IMG/VR virus record: IMGVR_UViG_3300028833_006000
Length of the DNA stretch: 64,000 nucleotides
Origin: an uncultured virus (IMG/VR IMGVR_UViG_3300028833_006000)
Lineage: Duplodnaviria > Heunggongvirae > Uroviricota > Caudoviricetes
Direction: 5' to 3' (one strand)
Shown piece after piece: positions 1-10,066 of this stretch; position 1 is the first letter of the stretch, and every line of letters begins with the position of its first letter. The notes below the pieces were generated by a model. The model saw nothing but the letters and a program-made list of their open reading frames with translations, had not been told where the DNA came from and did not search any database. The translations under genes and the position numbers were made by a program.

Positions 1-96
1 GATTATGAGCAGGCATTCATCAATGCGTACGCCATTCTCGGAATCGACGGGCATGACTGTGCGATTGAAGAGCAGAGCCTCGAAAATTGGGGATAA
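1..96 (+). CDS. 3' end of a CDS truncated by the window edge
   Basis: Open frame from base 1 (DYEQAFINAYAILGIDGHDCAIEEQSLENWG) to TAA at 94-96. Confidence 0.5.
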   Translation, partial: DYEQAFINAYAILGIDGHDCAIEEQSLENWG

Positions 97-351
97 TTAC
101 AATGAGCCGGATAAATCGTGTGGATGCCATTGAACCTGACAGATTCAGTGGTATCTCACGTCACAAACACCAATCGTCTTCCTACGAACAACGCAAAGAC
201 GCCAAAAACGATCAAGATTTTGATAATAAGCTGCATTCTGCCATCAAAGATTTATGTAGCAAACTGCCTAATGAAAAAAATTGATGCAATGCATATAGCA
301 TACAATTGTTACAAAAATTGTCACAATTTCGTAACAATTAGCGGCTTTTCC

Positions 352-380
352 TTGACATTCTGCTCATATATCAGTATAAT
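352..380 (+). promoter_or_regulatory. sigma70/sigmaA consensus promoter
   Basis: TTGACA (352-357), 17-bp spacer, TATAAT (375-380); upstream inverted repeat AATTGTTAC/GTAACAATT (304-312/331-339). Confidence 0.85.
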
Positions 381-411
381 CAAGGAGTATTTTGGTGCAA
401 GAGGAGAAACA

Positions 412-762
412 ATGAAACCCGAAGAGACTGTTGAAAGCTATCTGAAGCGCCGTGGTGAAGAATTGGGCTTTTTGGTTTATAAATTTGTAAGCCCCGGAAA
501 CGACGGTGTACCTGACAGAGTGCTTATTGGACACGGCAAGACATTCTTTGTCGAGACAAAAGCTCCCGGTGAAAAGCCGAGAAAACTGCAAGCAAAAGTC
601 ATCGCCAGAATCAACGACCATGGTGGCCTGGCGTATGTCGCTGCAAGCAGAGAAGCTATCGATACCCTACTGAACACCATGATACAAGACACAAAACCTA
701 AACGTAAACGTCCAAGGAAATCAATAGTCGATTCATGTGTTTCAGAAAGGATAAAAACATGA
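412..762 (+). CDS. VRR-NUC-like PD-(D/E)XK nuclease
   Basis: GAGGAG RBS then ATG at 412; motif KFVSPGNDGVPDR...FVETKAPG...RKLQ typical of phage VRR-NUC proteins. Confidence 0.8.
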   Translation: MKPEETVESYLKRRGEELGFLVYKFVSPGNDGVPDRVLIGHGKTFFVETKAPGEKPRKLQAKVIARINDHGGLAYVAASREAIDTLLNTMIQDTKPKRKRPRKSIVDSCVSERIKT

Positions 763-1481
763 ATCAATCCATCCGCAGCCGAGCTCAGGGCTTCGCGCTC
801 ACAGCAGGAGCTGCCGCCGTTTTATCCGCAAGTTTATTATGGACTAACACAATGGACTTGCATGACGGCGTAATACCGATGAAGGTTGTATACGCCGCTG
901 AGTTAGACTCTCAGGCAAAAATACAATCTGAAAGAACCGATGCGATCGTCGGCTCAGCCATGTTTGAGTCATCAGAATCCATCACCGAAAGCTCCGATGC
1001 AGAAGCACTCGGAGAACATGTTGCTTCCGTTTCCACTGGTTTTGAACAGACGCTGGAAGATGTAGAGCAGAGATCAGACTTTACTCCGGCAACAGAAATC
1101 ACAACGGAAAGCACACCATTTGTAGAATCACCTAAATCAGATCCTACGCAGACATATACACCATCTGGTTCAACAGGTGTATTGAATGCCTACAATGGTA
1201 CAGTTCAAGGACCATCTGGAAAAGAAACATATTACAATCTTCCGATGGGCGGCGTCATCAAAATCATGAGAAATATGGGATACTCCGAAGAAGAATATCC
1301 TTACTGGATCAGAGATGACGGCGTGAAAATGTTCGGACCATATGTCATGGTTGCTGCAAGTCTTGACATCAGACCAAAAGGAACAATCATCGAGTGTTCA
1401 AGAGGAACAGCAATAGTCGTGGATACCGGCGATTTTGCAAAAAGTAATCAGACACAATTAGATGTCGCAACGAACTGGTAA
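759..1481 (+). CDS. Secreted or membrane protein with C-terminal 3D-like (cell-wall associated) domain
   Basis: N-terminal hydrophobic segment, S/T/E-rich linker, C-terminal VAA.LDIRPKGT...VVDTG...LDVA pattern. Confidence 0.55.
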   Translation: MNQSIRSRAQGFALTAGAAAVLSASLLWTNTMDLHDGVIPMKVVYAAELDSQAKIQSERTDAIVGSAMFESSESITESSDAEALGEHVASVSTGFEQTLEDVEQRSDFTPATEITTESTPFVESPKSDPTQTYTPSGSTGVLNAYNGTVQGPSGKETYYNLPMGGVIKIMRNMGYSEEEYPYWIRDDGVKMFGPYVMVAASLDIRPKGTIIECSRGTAIVVDTGDFAKSNQTQLDVATNW

Positions 1482-1507
1482 TTAAATCACATAACGTGTG
1501 ACAATAG

Positions 1508-1544
1508 AAATGCACTCATGATCAAGCATTGTGAGTGCGTTTTT
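1508..1544 (+). terminator. Rho-independent terminator
   Basis: AAATGCACTCA/TGAGTGCGTTT stem followed by T-run. Confidence 0.7.
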
Positions 1545-1581
1545 ATGTGTTTCCGAAAATATCTATCGAGGTGATACGTAT

Positions 1582-1803
1582 ATGAACAACGTATACAAGC
1601 TGGAAGCTTATGACAAAGACAACGATGTATATTTCACGCTTGCTGAATCTGATGACATCGACGCTCTCAAGAAAATAGGTCAGAATATACAATCGACAAT
1701 GACGCTTACCCGCAAAGACAATAATGAGCCCATTGACTGGTTGATCATTTCAAATCAAAATGATAAGCAGCTTTGTTGCCTGACTGAAGAAGGATGGGAA
1801 TAA
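1582..1803 (+). CDS. hypothetical protein
   Basis: GAGGTG RBS, ATG at 1582. Confidence 0.65.
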   Translation: MNNVYKLEAYDKDNDVYFTLAESDDIDALKKIGQNIQSTMTLTRKDNNEPIDWLIISNQNDKQLCCLTEEGWE

Positions 1804-1891
1804 AATATGTTCAATCCAACAACACAGCAATTGTTTGCTGCAGAAATGCGGGTATTTTGGGAGAAATGCGACCAAAGAAAGGAGCAATCAC

Positions 1892-2170
1892 ATGAAAATA
1901 AAGCACTGGCAGGGATACGGTTGCGTAAATGCCACAAAGGTCAAAATGACCACAAAAGACAATATTCGCAACCTGATAATCCGTGTATCAGGAAATCACG
2001 AATGTGGGCTTGTCCGTGACGATAAATATGACGTCGCCAACTGGCTCATAAAGCGTTTCGATAAGTCATTCGATGACTATCGTAACATCATCAGCATGGA
2101 CATCAAGGAAGATTGGGATGATCTGAAACATGAGGATTCATGCATTTACAACATCACTTACAGAGTGTAA
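1892..2170 (+). CDS. hypothetical protein
   Basis: AAAGGAG RBS, ATG at 1892. Confidence 0.7.
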   Translation: MKIKHWQGYGCVNATKVKMTTKDNIRNLIIRVSGNHECGLVRDDKYDVANWLIKRFDKSFDDYRNIISMDIKEDWDDLKHEDSCIYNITYRV

Positions 2171-2210
2171 AATAAACAGGCAAATCACATATGTCTGAAA
2201 GGAGATTAAC

Positions 2211-2714
2211 ATGGAAGCAAAAGAAAACACATTATACTTTGCCAAGGTCAGAGACACAGCAAAGATCCCTGCAAGAGAAGAAGAGAACGCAGGATATGAC
2301 ATCTACGCCGATTTTGAAGGCGAGGAACTCGTCATTGGGCCTCACGAGACCGTTGGCGTGCCTACAGGTGTAGCATCTGCTATGGACTCTAACTGGTATC
2401 TCCAGGTTGAAGAAAGAGGATCTACCGGCATTGCAGGCATCAAGAAGTCAGCCGGAGTCGTAGACTCATCGTACAGAGGTGAAATCTTCATCGCTATCAC
2501 CAACTCCACCACAAAGACTCTTCGCATCACAAAGAAAACGGATAAGGTAGAGAAATCGGATTCCGAAATCCTCTATCCGTACACAAAGGCTATTGCGCAG
2601 CTCGTTCTGCACAGAGTGCACAATGAAGTTTCCACAGAAGAAATCTCCTTTGAAGACCTCAAATCGATTCCTTCCAAGCGTGGAGCAGGAGCATTAGGAT
2701 CATCAGGTAAATAA
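2211..2714 (+). CDS. dut: dUTPase (trimeric)
   Basis: Motifs AGYDI, ERGS, GVVDSSYRGEI, IAQL, RGAGALGSSG. Confidence 0.95.
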   Translation: MEAKENTLYFAKVRDTAKIPAREEENAGYDIYADFEGEELVIGPHETVGVPTGVASAMDSNWYLQVEERGSTGIAGIKKSAGVVDSSYRGEIFIAITNSTTKTLRITKKTDKVEKSDSEILYPYTKAIAQLVLHRVHNEVSTEEISFEDLKSIPSKRGAGALGSSGK

Positions 2715-2744
2715 TCTGATCTCACACAAAAAAAGGACACACAT

Positions 2745-3095
2745 ATGAAAGAAATCAAGGATAAGGTCGGCGGTGAACATTCCATACCCGAAAATAACAA
2801 CGAGCATGAACTTCACCGTGCGCCTGACCAGAACTATACAAAAGCATATCTCAAAATCCTGAAAGACGATTACAACATCTATTATGACGGTTATGGATGT
2901 CACGCTTTCAAGGTGATCCCTCGCACACACAGCAATCCTCTCATCCAGCTTTTCACAGAAGATGACGGCTACCTTTGTGCGACCGATATAACATTTGACG
3001 CTCACTGGGCACAGAACCTCACTGCGAGTCTTCAGCTGGCAATCACAGCCATCAACAAAAAGAAAATGATGTGCTGGCCGAAGAAACAATCCTGA
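2745..3095 (+). CDS. hypothetical protein
   Basis: AAAGGA RBS, 116-aa ORF. Confidence 0.6.
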   Translation: MKEIKDKVGGEHSIPENNNEHELHRAPDQNYTKAYLKILKDDYNIYYDGYGCHAFKVIPRTHSNPLIQLFTEDDGYLCATDITFDAHWAQNLTASLQLAITAINKKKMMCWPKKQS

Positions 3096-3144
3096 TCCGT
3101 CAAACTACTTACGGACATCAAAACGTCTCTGATATAATTGACAA

Positions 3145-3238
3145 TATTATAACCTCCAATGGGTCCGCCGAAGGCTCACCCAAAGGAGATAGCACATCGG
3201 TTAGAACGGCTGTGGACATAGCGTCCCCAGCCGTTTTT
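3145..3238 (+). ncRNA. candidate small RNA A (anti-SD seed, hairpin, terminator)
   Basis: Extended -10 TGaTATAAT (3130-3138); ACCTCC seed; GGGT..GCC-GAA-GGC..ACCC hairpin; terminator AACGGCTG/CAGCCGTT + TTT (3205-3238). Confidence 0.5.
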
Positions 3239-3270
3239 GCCATTTGATCAATTGCAAAGGAGGCAATCAT

Positions 3271-4005
3271 TTGAAAAACAAAAGCATCTTTATCGCTATT
3301 ATCTCGATACTTGTATTTGCCCTCGGTACGGCAATGACATGTCTCATCTGCCTGCCCGCAGGCGAAGAAAAAACAGCAGAGGTAAACACAGATTCTATCG
3401 AGAAGATAGAGGAATCGTATGTCACAGCAGAATATGGTACTTATACACATATGACACGTCCGATCAAGAAACTCAATGCGACGAATGCAGTCTATGTGGA
3501 GTATATGGAGCATATGGAAGCGCCGGAAAAGAAAATTTCCGAATCAGAAATCTCCGAGTCGGAAAATACTGCTTCGGAAGAAATTCCTGACTATATTCTG
3601 GAAGAATGTCCACTTACAATCGAACAGCAGACATACATATATGAAGTCTGTCAGGAAAACGATGTGGACTTTTTATTCGTTATGGCTATGATGGATGTCG
3701 AATCCGATTACATCATTGACTCTGTATCAAGAACAGGTGACTACGGCTTGATGCAGATAAACATCTGTAATCACAAAGAAGGACTCGATTATCTCGACTT
3801 TGAAACAAATGTTGATGAAGGCGTTGCCATGATCAGCACTCTGGTTCACAAATATGACACCCTGGATATGGCTCTAATGGCATACAATATGGGTGAATAT
3901 GGCGCGAGCCAGTGTTGGGAAAACGGTATATATTCTTCGGCATATTCCCGTGAAATCATGGATACCTACGAGCAACTGCAAATACCCAAACCCATACAAA
4001 TATAA
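3271..4005 (+). CDS. Membrane-anchored lytic transglycosylase (SLT domain)
   Basis: TTG start after AGGAGG; N-terminal TM; motifs AMMDVES, GLMQIN, ALMAYNMG. Confidence 0.85.
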   Translation: MKNKSIFIAIISILVFALGTAMTCLICLPAGEEKTAEVNTDSIEKIEESYVTAEYGTYTHMTRPIKKLNATNAVYVEYMEHMEAPEKKISESEISESENTASEEIPDYILEECPLTIEQQTYIYEVCQENDVDFLFVMAMMDVESDYIIDSVSRTGDYGLMQINICNHKEGLDYLDFETNVDEGVAMISTLVHKYDTLDMALMAYNMGEYGASQCWENGIYSSAYSREIMDTYEQLQIPKPIQI

Positions 4006-4016
4006 GGAGGTGCATA

Positions 4017-4193
4017 ATGGAATTTTCCGTTAAAGTTGAAAACTGTCCCGATTACGCCAAAGATTACAAATTGATTGTAGCCCGTGCCGTAAACGGCAAA
4101 TTATGGTTCTACGGTGCCTGGAATGATTATTCAGAGGCAAGCCGTGTAGCCGAATCATTAGGTGACAACGCAATCATTCTTGAAAACAAATAG
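4017..4193 (+). CDS. small hypothetical protein (58 aa; below ORF-track cutoff)
   Basis: TAAGGAGG RBS; MEFSVKVENCPDYAKDYKLIVARAVNGKLWFYGAW...ENK*. Confidence 0.7.
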   Translation: MEFSVKVENCPDYAKDYKLIVARAVNGKLWFYGAWNDYSEASRVAESLGDNAIILENK

Positions 4194-4209
4194 AAAGGAA
4201 CAATGTGAC

Positions 4210-4725
4210 ATGAGTACAAATGCTATGATCTACGCAAAACAGAAGGATAATTCTGTGAAAGGTATTTACCTGCATTGGGACGGATATCCTGAATGGGCAG
4301 GCCGAGTCCTGTTGAACGATTACAAGGATGATGAAAAGGTCCAGAAACTCATCGCTCTCGGCGGATTATCATCCCTCGGAAAGAATCCGGAAGCATCCGA
4401 ACTCGTCGAGCGTTTTGGATTTGACGCCACTTGCTACCCGGCAGCTGGTCCTATGGCTTCCTATTTGCCAAAGGAATGGCGCGATATGACTGAGGCTGAA
4501 AGGCAAAAGCTGCTCGACGACAACGGCAAATGTGAAAACACTGTTGCCTATGCCCGTGATCGAGGTGAGGATCTGGAATTCGATGAATATCCGACAGTAG
4601 CGGATTTCAAGAAAACATCAGCTTGCCAGGAATTCGAATATTACTGGGACGGCGAAAGCTGGTATATGCGTACCAATAAAGTCTTCCGCAAATTGTCACC
4701 GAAAACATGCGGCTGTGACGGATAA
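4210..4725 (+). CDS. phage-type hypothetical protein (YxHWDGYP motif)
   Basis: AGAAAGGA RBS; IYLHWDGYPEWAG and AYARDRGE motifs. Confidence 0.75.
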   Translation: MSTNAMIYAKQKDNSVKGIYLHWDGYPEWAGRVLLNDYKDDEKVQKLIALGGLSSLGKNPEASELVERFGFDATCYPAAGPMASYLPKEWRDMTEAERQKLLDDNGKCENTVAYARDRGEDLEFDEYPTVADFKKTSACQEFEYYWDGESWYMRTNKVFRKLSPKTCGCDG

Positions 4726-4741
4726 AGAAAGGATACGTGCT

Positions 4742-5287
4742 ATGGCGAATTTATGCTGTAATACAGTACATCTCATCGGCGCTAAATCAGCACTGGACAA
4801 GGTCGTAACTGCTTATAATCAGATTACGACCAAGTGTAAAACACTCGAAGCATTGCAGGAAAATCTCGGTTTTGCCTGCGATGACTGGGGCCGGTCATAT
4901 GATGACGGGATTTCATTCTGTGATTTCAACGATGAGACCGGACACCTTATCATTGATGTGTGTACTGCATGGGGCGGTGTTGACGACTATTGGGATGCCC
5001 TCAAGAAGTTCCTTGGATTGGAAAAATGGGCAAGCTGGTCAGAAGTAGATTCCGAAATCTTTGTCACCAATGATCCCGATTCCCAGGTCTTTCCCACACA
5101 GTACATTCTTGAAACATGGGAAGAAAATGATTATGGTATTGACGAAGACAGAATCGAGTTTAATTCAGAAGAGGACGCTCTCAACTACCTCAATCAGAAA
5201 ATCGGAACCCAGTTCAGTCTTGATGGTTATGCAGAGCTTATTGACGACGAAGAATGGGGCTCGCTGATAACCATTGAGAGAGATTAA
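4742..5287 (+). CDS. acidic hypothetical protein
   Basis: AGAAAGGA RBS, ATG at 4742. Confidence 0.7.
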   Translation: MANLCCNTVHLIGAKSALDKVVTAYNQITTKCKTLEALQENLGFACDDWGRSYDDGISFCDFNDETGHLIIDVCTAWGGVDDYWDALKKFLGLEKWASWSEVDSEIFVTNDPDSQVFPTQYILETWEENDYGIDEDRIEFNSEEDALNYLNQKIGTQFSLDGYAELIDDEEWGSLITIERD

Positions 5288-5300
5288 GGAGGAATATACC

Positions 5301-5567
5301 ATGCAATTAGCACTCAAAGGCCGCAAAACCACATACCATGCTGGCTATAAGGCTAATGCTCATGGTGATAACACCGGTATCGGTCTCTGGACTGATAATC
5401 ATACCACAGGCGATATACAGGACATTGCTTATCTATGGCCTGATGCGGATGAAAATGACATCCTGGTCATTGACATCGAGGCTGCCATCAAACAGGGTAT
5501 ACAGATTGTTATGCAAACGAAGAATGGTCCTGTTGACATCCGGCAGCTATTTGACAGAAAGGAGTGA
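5301..5567 (+). CDS. hypothetical protein
   Basis: AAGGAGG RBS. Confidence 0.7.
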   Translation: MQLALKGRKTTYHAGYKANAHGDNTGIGLWTDNHTTGDIQDIAYLWPDADENDILVIDIEAAIKQGIQIVMQTKNGPVDIRQLFDRKE

Positions 5568-5568
5568 T

Positions 5569-5802
5569 ATGATGTTCGGTTTATCCAATGAGCGCTTAAA
5601 AGAACTCAAAGAAAAATATCCTGTCGGAACCAGAGTGAAATGCATCTCAATGCCACAGGAGCCGCATCCCGTACCTCGCGGAACTATTGGAACAGTCACA
5701 GGTGTTGATGATCTCGGAACAATCCACGTCCACTGGGACAATCATTCAGCACTTGGGCTCGTCATCGACGTAGATAAATTTGAAATCGTCGATCAGAAAT
5801 AA
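5569..5802 (+). CDS. DUF4314-like protein
   Basis: YPVGTRV..ISM..EPHPVP.GTIGTV..VDDLGTIHVHWD..S.LGLV...D pattern. Confidence 0.8.
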   Translation: MMFGLSNERLKELKEKYPVGTRVKCISMPQEPHPVPRGTIGTVTGVDDLGTIHVHWDNHSALGLVIDVDKFEIVDQK

Positions 5803-5815
5803 TGGAGGAAAATCT

Positions 5816-7852
5816 ATGAGTACCGCACAGGAAAAATTAACGGAAGAACTCATCGCTGCTTCCGAAGAATACTATAATCATGGACAATCTTCAATGCCTG
5901 ACATTGAATTTGACCATAAACTGGAAGAGCTCAGACGCATGGAGGAAGAATCCGGCGTCGTGCTTCCTAACAGTCCCACGCAGAATGTCGGTGTTAAAGT
6001 GGACGGCTTAAAAACCGTCAAGCATGAATACCCGGCATTGTCACTGGACAAAGTAAAATACAAAGACCGTGAAGACCTCAAGAAGTGGCTTGGCGAACAG
6101 AAAGGTATCCTGTCTTGGAAAGCCGATGGCAGCACGATCGTTGCCACTTACGACAATGGTTCGCTTTCGCAGGTCATCACCAGAGGCAACGGTGAAGAGG
6201 GCAGTGATATTACACACAATGCCATGTTCTTCAAAGGTCTTCCGACAAAGATCGAATATAAAGAACATCTTGTCGTAAGAGGCGAAGCCATGATGACAAA
6301 CGCCGAATTCGACAGGATCAATGAAGAAGTCGGCGGCGAATATGAAAATGCAAGGAATCTTGCAACTGCTACGATTCAGATGCTTGACGCCAAAGAGTCA
6401 CGCAAGCGTGAAATCATCTTTAAGGCATTCAAGCTCGTATATCCCGTAGCCGGCGAATCCAACACGCTTTGGACAGAGACAAAGCGCTTTGAATGGCTCA
6501 CATCACTTGGATTTGATGTGATTCCATATGTTTCTGATGTCACAGATGACAATGTGCTCGACATCGTCGAAGATTTCAAACAGAAATTATCTGCGCTCGA
6601 CTACCCGACTGACGGATTAGTGCTTTCATATGATGATCAGATGTACGCCGATAGTCTTGGCATGACAGGTCATCACCCTCGTGGAAGCATTGCCATGAAA
6701 TGGACAGATGAAATCAAAGAGACCACGCTCACTGATGTGGAATGGTCTGTCGGAAAAACAGGTCTCATCACGCCTGTGGCGATCTTTGACACCGTTCGAC
6801 TCGGACTCGGATCAGATGTCAAGAGAGCGTCAATGCACAATCTCTCCATCATGAAAAAGTTGAATCCACACATCGGCGGTAAAGTGGGTGTGTACCTCGC
6901 CAATCTCATCATACCACAGATCGAAAGTGCGTATGGCGACGGCGCAGACATCGAGATACCAAAGACATGTCCTATTTGCCACGGAGAGGCAACTGTTGAA
7001 ACAGACGAGAAATCAGGTGTTATGACGCTCCACTGCAACAACGATGACTGTCCGGCAAGAGTGCGTGGCGCTTTGGAAAACACCTTCAGCAAAAGCGGCA
7101 TCTTCATCAAAGGTCTCGGACCAAGCCAGATCGTAGATTTGCAGACAGTCGGTATGCTGACCAAATATCCACTCCAGATATTCAGACTCCGTGCCGATGT
7201 AGACGGCTCAGGTTCAGCAGCAATTGCATATAAGAACCTGATGGCTAAAGACGGATGGGGCGATAAGTCATGGAACAATCTCCTTGACGCCATCGACGAT
7301 GCAAGACACACTGACTTGCAGCACTTCTTATATGCATTGAACATCCCACTTCTCGGCAATGATCTGTCGAAGAAATTATCAAAATACTGGAACAAAGACA
7401 TCCATAAGTTTCAGAAGTTTGTATATGATGAATCAATGCGAACAGAAGAAGATATCGTTGCCGTTCTTACTGCAATCGATGGAGTTGGACAGGAAAAGGC
7501 CAGCAACATCGCACAGTGGATCATGCATGTGAGAACTGATGAGGTTAGTTCATTCCAGTTCAAAGAACTTATAAATGAACTGAACTTTGAAGCACCGGCT
7601 ACAGAATCCGAACAGACCCTCGCAGGCATGACATTCGTCATAACAGGCGCTGTGTATGACTACAAGAATCGTGATGAATTCAAGGAAAGTGTCGAACGCC
7701 GTGGTGGTAAGGTTTCCGGATCCGTATCGGCAAAGACCAATTTCCTTGTGAACAATGATGTCACATCAACTTCCGGGAAAAATCAGAAAGCCAAGGAACT
7801 TGGCATTGAGATTATTTCTGAAGCCGACTTCATCGCCAGATTTGGAAGGTAA
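5816..7852 (+). CDS. ligA: NAD-dependent DNA ligase
   Basis: KADG adenylation motif, TRGNGEEG, VRGE, Zn finger CPIC...C....C, HhH repeats, C-terminal BRCT (FVITG...GGKVSGSVS). Confidence 0.97.
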   Translation: MSTAQEKLTEELIAASEEYYNHGQSSMPDIEFDHKLEELRRMEEESGVVLPNSPTQNVGVKVDGLKTVKHEYPALSLDKVKYKDREDLKKWLGEQKGILSWKADGSTIVATYDNGSLSQVITRGNGEEGSDITHNAMFFKGLPTKIEYKEHLVVRGEAMMTNAEFDRINEEVGGEYENARNLATATIQMLDAKESRKREIIFKAFKLVYPVAGESNTLWTETKRFEWLTSLGFDVIPYVSDVTDDNVLDIVEDFKQKLSALDYPTDGLVLSYDDQMYADSLGMTGHHPRGSIAMKWTDEIKETTLTDVEWSVGKTGLITPVAIFDTVRLGLGSDVKRASMHNLSIMKKLNPHIGGKVGVYLANLIIPQIESAYGDGADIEIPKTCPICHGEATVETDEKSGVMTLHCNNDDCPARVRGALENTFSKSGIFIKGLGPSQIVDLQTVGMLTKYPLQIFRLRADVDGSGSAAIAYKNLMAKDGWGDKSWNNLLDAIDDARHTDLQHFLYALNIPLLGNDLSKKLSKYWNKDIHKFQKFVYDESMRTEEDIVAVLTAIDGVGQEKASNIAQWIMHVRTDEVSSFQFKELINELNFEAPATESEQTLAGMTFVITGAVYDYKNRDEFKESVERRGGKVSGSVSAKTNFLVNNDVTSTSGKNQKAKELGIEIISEADFIARFGR

Positions 7853-7855
7853 CAT

Positions 7856-8134
7856 ATGGATAAGATTAGCATAAACGAAAAAGACACTGCTGCCCTCATT
7901 GAGTTTTTCATGGACGACATGATCAGTTACATCGATGATGAATGGGACAGTGTTTATGAGAGCGAAAAAATGTCTCGGAAAGAAGCTGAAGTATACCTTG
8001 GACATTCTGTAAAAGGGATGTCCAAGGAAGAAATAGAGGAAGAAGTCTCTGAAATAAAGAGAGCCTACTATACTGAACACCAGGCTTCACCACAGGAAGT
8101 TGTGGACATGTTTCTTCTCGCCATCAAAGAATAA
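7856..8134 (+). CDS. acidic hypothetical protein
   Basis: ORF starting 3 bp after ligA. Confidence 0.65.
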   Translation: MDKISINEKDTAALIEFFMDDMISYIDDEWDSVYESEKMSRKEAEVYLGHSVKGMSKEEIEEEVSEIKRAYYTEHQASPQEVVDMFLLAIKE

Positions 8135-8152
8135 AGAAAGGATACCACGAAC

Positions 8153-8521
8153 ATGGCAAATGTAGATGTAACTATATACATGGACGCCTTAGGCCTTCTG
8201 CTTTCGGATAAAACAGATATCAAATCTGAAATCTACAATCAGATTGTTCAGGGCGATGACTATTTCCTGGATCAGATCAGAGATGAGCTTCGTGATGATG
8301 CAGAAGAAGCAGGCATGTCAGTTTCCCAAATTGATGAGCTGACTGACAAGTTTGCTGAAGATGACATCGACACGCTCATGAAGTATATCACATTTGAAGA
8401 AAGTGATATTACTTTTGATTACGAGGAATCCGCCGCAGGCGGAGACCTTAAAGTGGTTGCATTCAGGATTCCTTGTCAGTTTGACACAAACCGTTACATT
8501 GATGACGCAAGCATCGCGTAA
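8153..8521 (+). CDS. acidic hypothetical protein
   Basis: AGAAAGGA RBS; D/E-rich. Confidence 0.7.
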   Translation: MANVDVTIYMDALGLLLSDKTDIKSEIYNQIVQGDDYFLDQIRDELRDDAEEAGMSVSQIDELTDKFAEDDIDTLMKYITFEESDITFDYEESAAGGDLKVVAFRIPCQFDTNRYIDDASIA

Positions 8522-8667
8522 CGTAAGATCAAAGACTAAAATACCACACTTACGCAAAAACTCATATTGAAGCATTCATATGTACACAAAAGGCCGACCA
8601 ATTTCAATGGTCGGTCCAATTGTGTAAGTACATAGTTTCAATTATGAAATCGCAAAGGAGAACTCAT

Positions 8668-9294
8668 ATGAACGAAATGTTTTTACCACGTGACTACACC
8701 ACCGTACCTACTGTACTAAAGCGCAGTGTGGACGGCGAGAGAGCATATGATTTATTTTCCCGTCTTCTTGAGGACAGAATCATTATGTTCACCGGCGAGG
8801 TGAATGCAGACACGGCACAGATCGCTATCGCGGAATTATTGTACCTTGCATCTGTAGATGATTCAAAGGACATCACCATGTATATCAACAGCCCCGGCGG
8901 ATCAGTCGTTGATGGACTCGCGATTTACGACACAATGCGTTATATCAAGCCTGATGTATCAACGGTTGTTGTCGGCATGGCAGCATCCATGGGATCAATC
9001 CTATTGTCCGGCGGTGCTAAGGGCAAGCGTTATGCGCTCCCTAATGCTGAAGTTATGATCCATCAGCCGTCAGGCGGATCAAAAGGTATGGCTTCCGATA
9101 TGGAAATCGCATGGAAGCAGATGGAGAGATGTAAGGAAAAGCTCACAAGATACCTGGTCGCTAATTCAGGCCGTAACCCTGATAATCCTGACGACTATCA
9201 GAAAGTCCTCAAAGACATGGATAGAGACTACTGGATGACTGCGCAGGAAGCCTTAGATTACGGGCTTATCGACAAGATCATTGAACTCAGATAA
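8668..9294 (+). CDS. clpP: ATP-dependent Clp protease proteolytic subunit
   Basis: YDLFSRLLEDRII, YINSPGGSV, AASMGS (catalytic Ser), MIHQPSGG (His), DRDYWM.A.EA..YGLID. Confidence 0.97.
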   Translation: MNEMFLPRDYTTVPTVLKRSVDGERAYDLFSRLLEDRIIMFTGEVNADTAQIAIAELLYLASVDDSKDITMYINSPGGSVVDGLAIYDTMRYIKPDVSTVVVGMAASMGSILLSGGAKGKRYALPNAEVMIHQPSGGSKGMASDMEIAWKQMERCKEKLTRYLVANSGRNPDNPDDYQKVLKDMDRDYWMTAQEALDYGLIDKIIELR

Positions 9295-9302
9295 TCAGAT
9301 TC

Positions 9303-9341
9303 TATGGGTAGACAGGCTCTGGTCTGCCTACCCATATTTTT
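9303..9341 (+). terminator. Rho-independent terminator after clpP
   Basis: TATGGGTAG/CTACCCATA stem + T-run. Confidence 0.75.
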
Positions 9342-9379
9342 ACGCTCAAAATCCATCATAATTAAAAAGGAGAAACAAC

Positions 9380-9715
9380 ATGGCAAGTACTCATATATGC
9401 CCAAAATGCGGTAATCGTACATTTTCAACACCTGTTCACGTCATGCAGGATTGGGAAGTAGACGAAGACGGAGAATTCATCAGTTGTCTAAATGACTGCT
9501 TACAGGTCTCTTTTTCGGCAGATGACGGCAACATCTGGAGTTGTATGAAGTGCGATGACGGCGAAGGTGTCATTGTACCCGATCAGTTCCTTACCGATAT
9601 GGACACACTATCATCAGCATTTTCCATGCTTCAGACCAAATCATTTGATGAAGTTGTTGCCGAACTGTCTCTGGATGATGATATGGCCGCATGGATCAAA
9701 TCAGAAATATCTTAA
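9380..9715 (+). CDS. Zn-ribbon hypothetical protein
   Basis: CPKC ... CMKC; AAGGAG RBS. Confidence 0.7.
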   Translation: MASTHICPKCGNRTFSTPVHVMQDWEVDEDGEFISCLNDCLQVSFSADDGNIWSCMKCDDGEGVIVPDQFLTDMDTLSSAFSMLQTKSFDEVVAELSLDDDMAAWIKSEIS

Positions 9716-9740
9716 AACTCACCAACAAGGAGGTGATTTT

Positions 9741-10052
9741 ATGTCTACAATCAAATACGACGCTGCTCTAATTGAGAAGCCAGGCGAACTTGGTCTCACA
9801 CAGACAGACATTGCTATGCTGCTCGACAAGTTAAACGGCGATGAAGTATATCCTGTTGAAATCGAAAATTCAGTCGGTGAATCTTCGGCAATGGGCTTCA
9901 TCACCACAACCGCTGCTGAAAAGATCGACTATATGTACGACGATCGCAGTGCGTTTGGTAATCATATAGCTCATATCTTGTCTGATGTGAATAACGAATC
10001 ACCTGATGGAACATACAAGATAACAGGCTTGGATGTACTCATCACGAAATGA
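9741..10052 (+). CDS. hypothetical protein
   Basis: AAGGAGGTG RBS. Confidence 0.7.
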   Translation: MSTIKYDAALIEKPGELGLTQTDIAMLLDKLNGDEVYPVEIENSVGESSAMGFITTTAAEKIDYMYDDRSAFGNHIAHILSDVNNESPDGTYKITGLDVLITK

Positions 10053-10066
10053 CAAGGAGTATTATT

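Noticed and set aside
118..411. N-terminal extension of the 118..762 ORF
   Set aside because: The region contains a consensus promoter, and the RBS supports the start at 412.
1508..1544. CIRCE (HrcA) operator
   Set aside because: GCACTC...GAGTGC arms resemble CIRCE, but the spacing is not 9 nt and the flanks differ; position and T-run fit a terminator.
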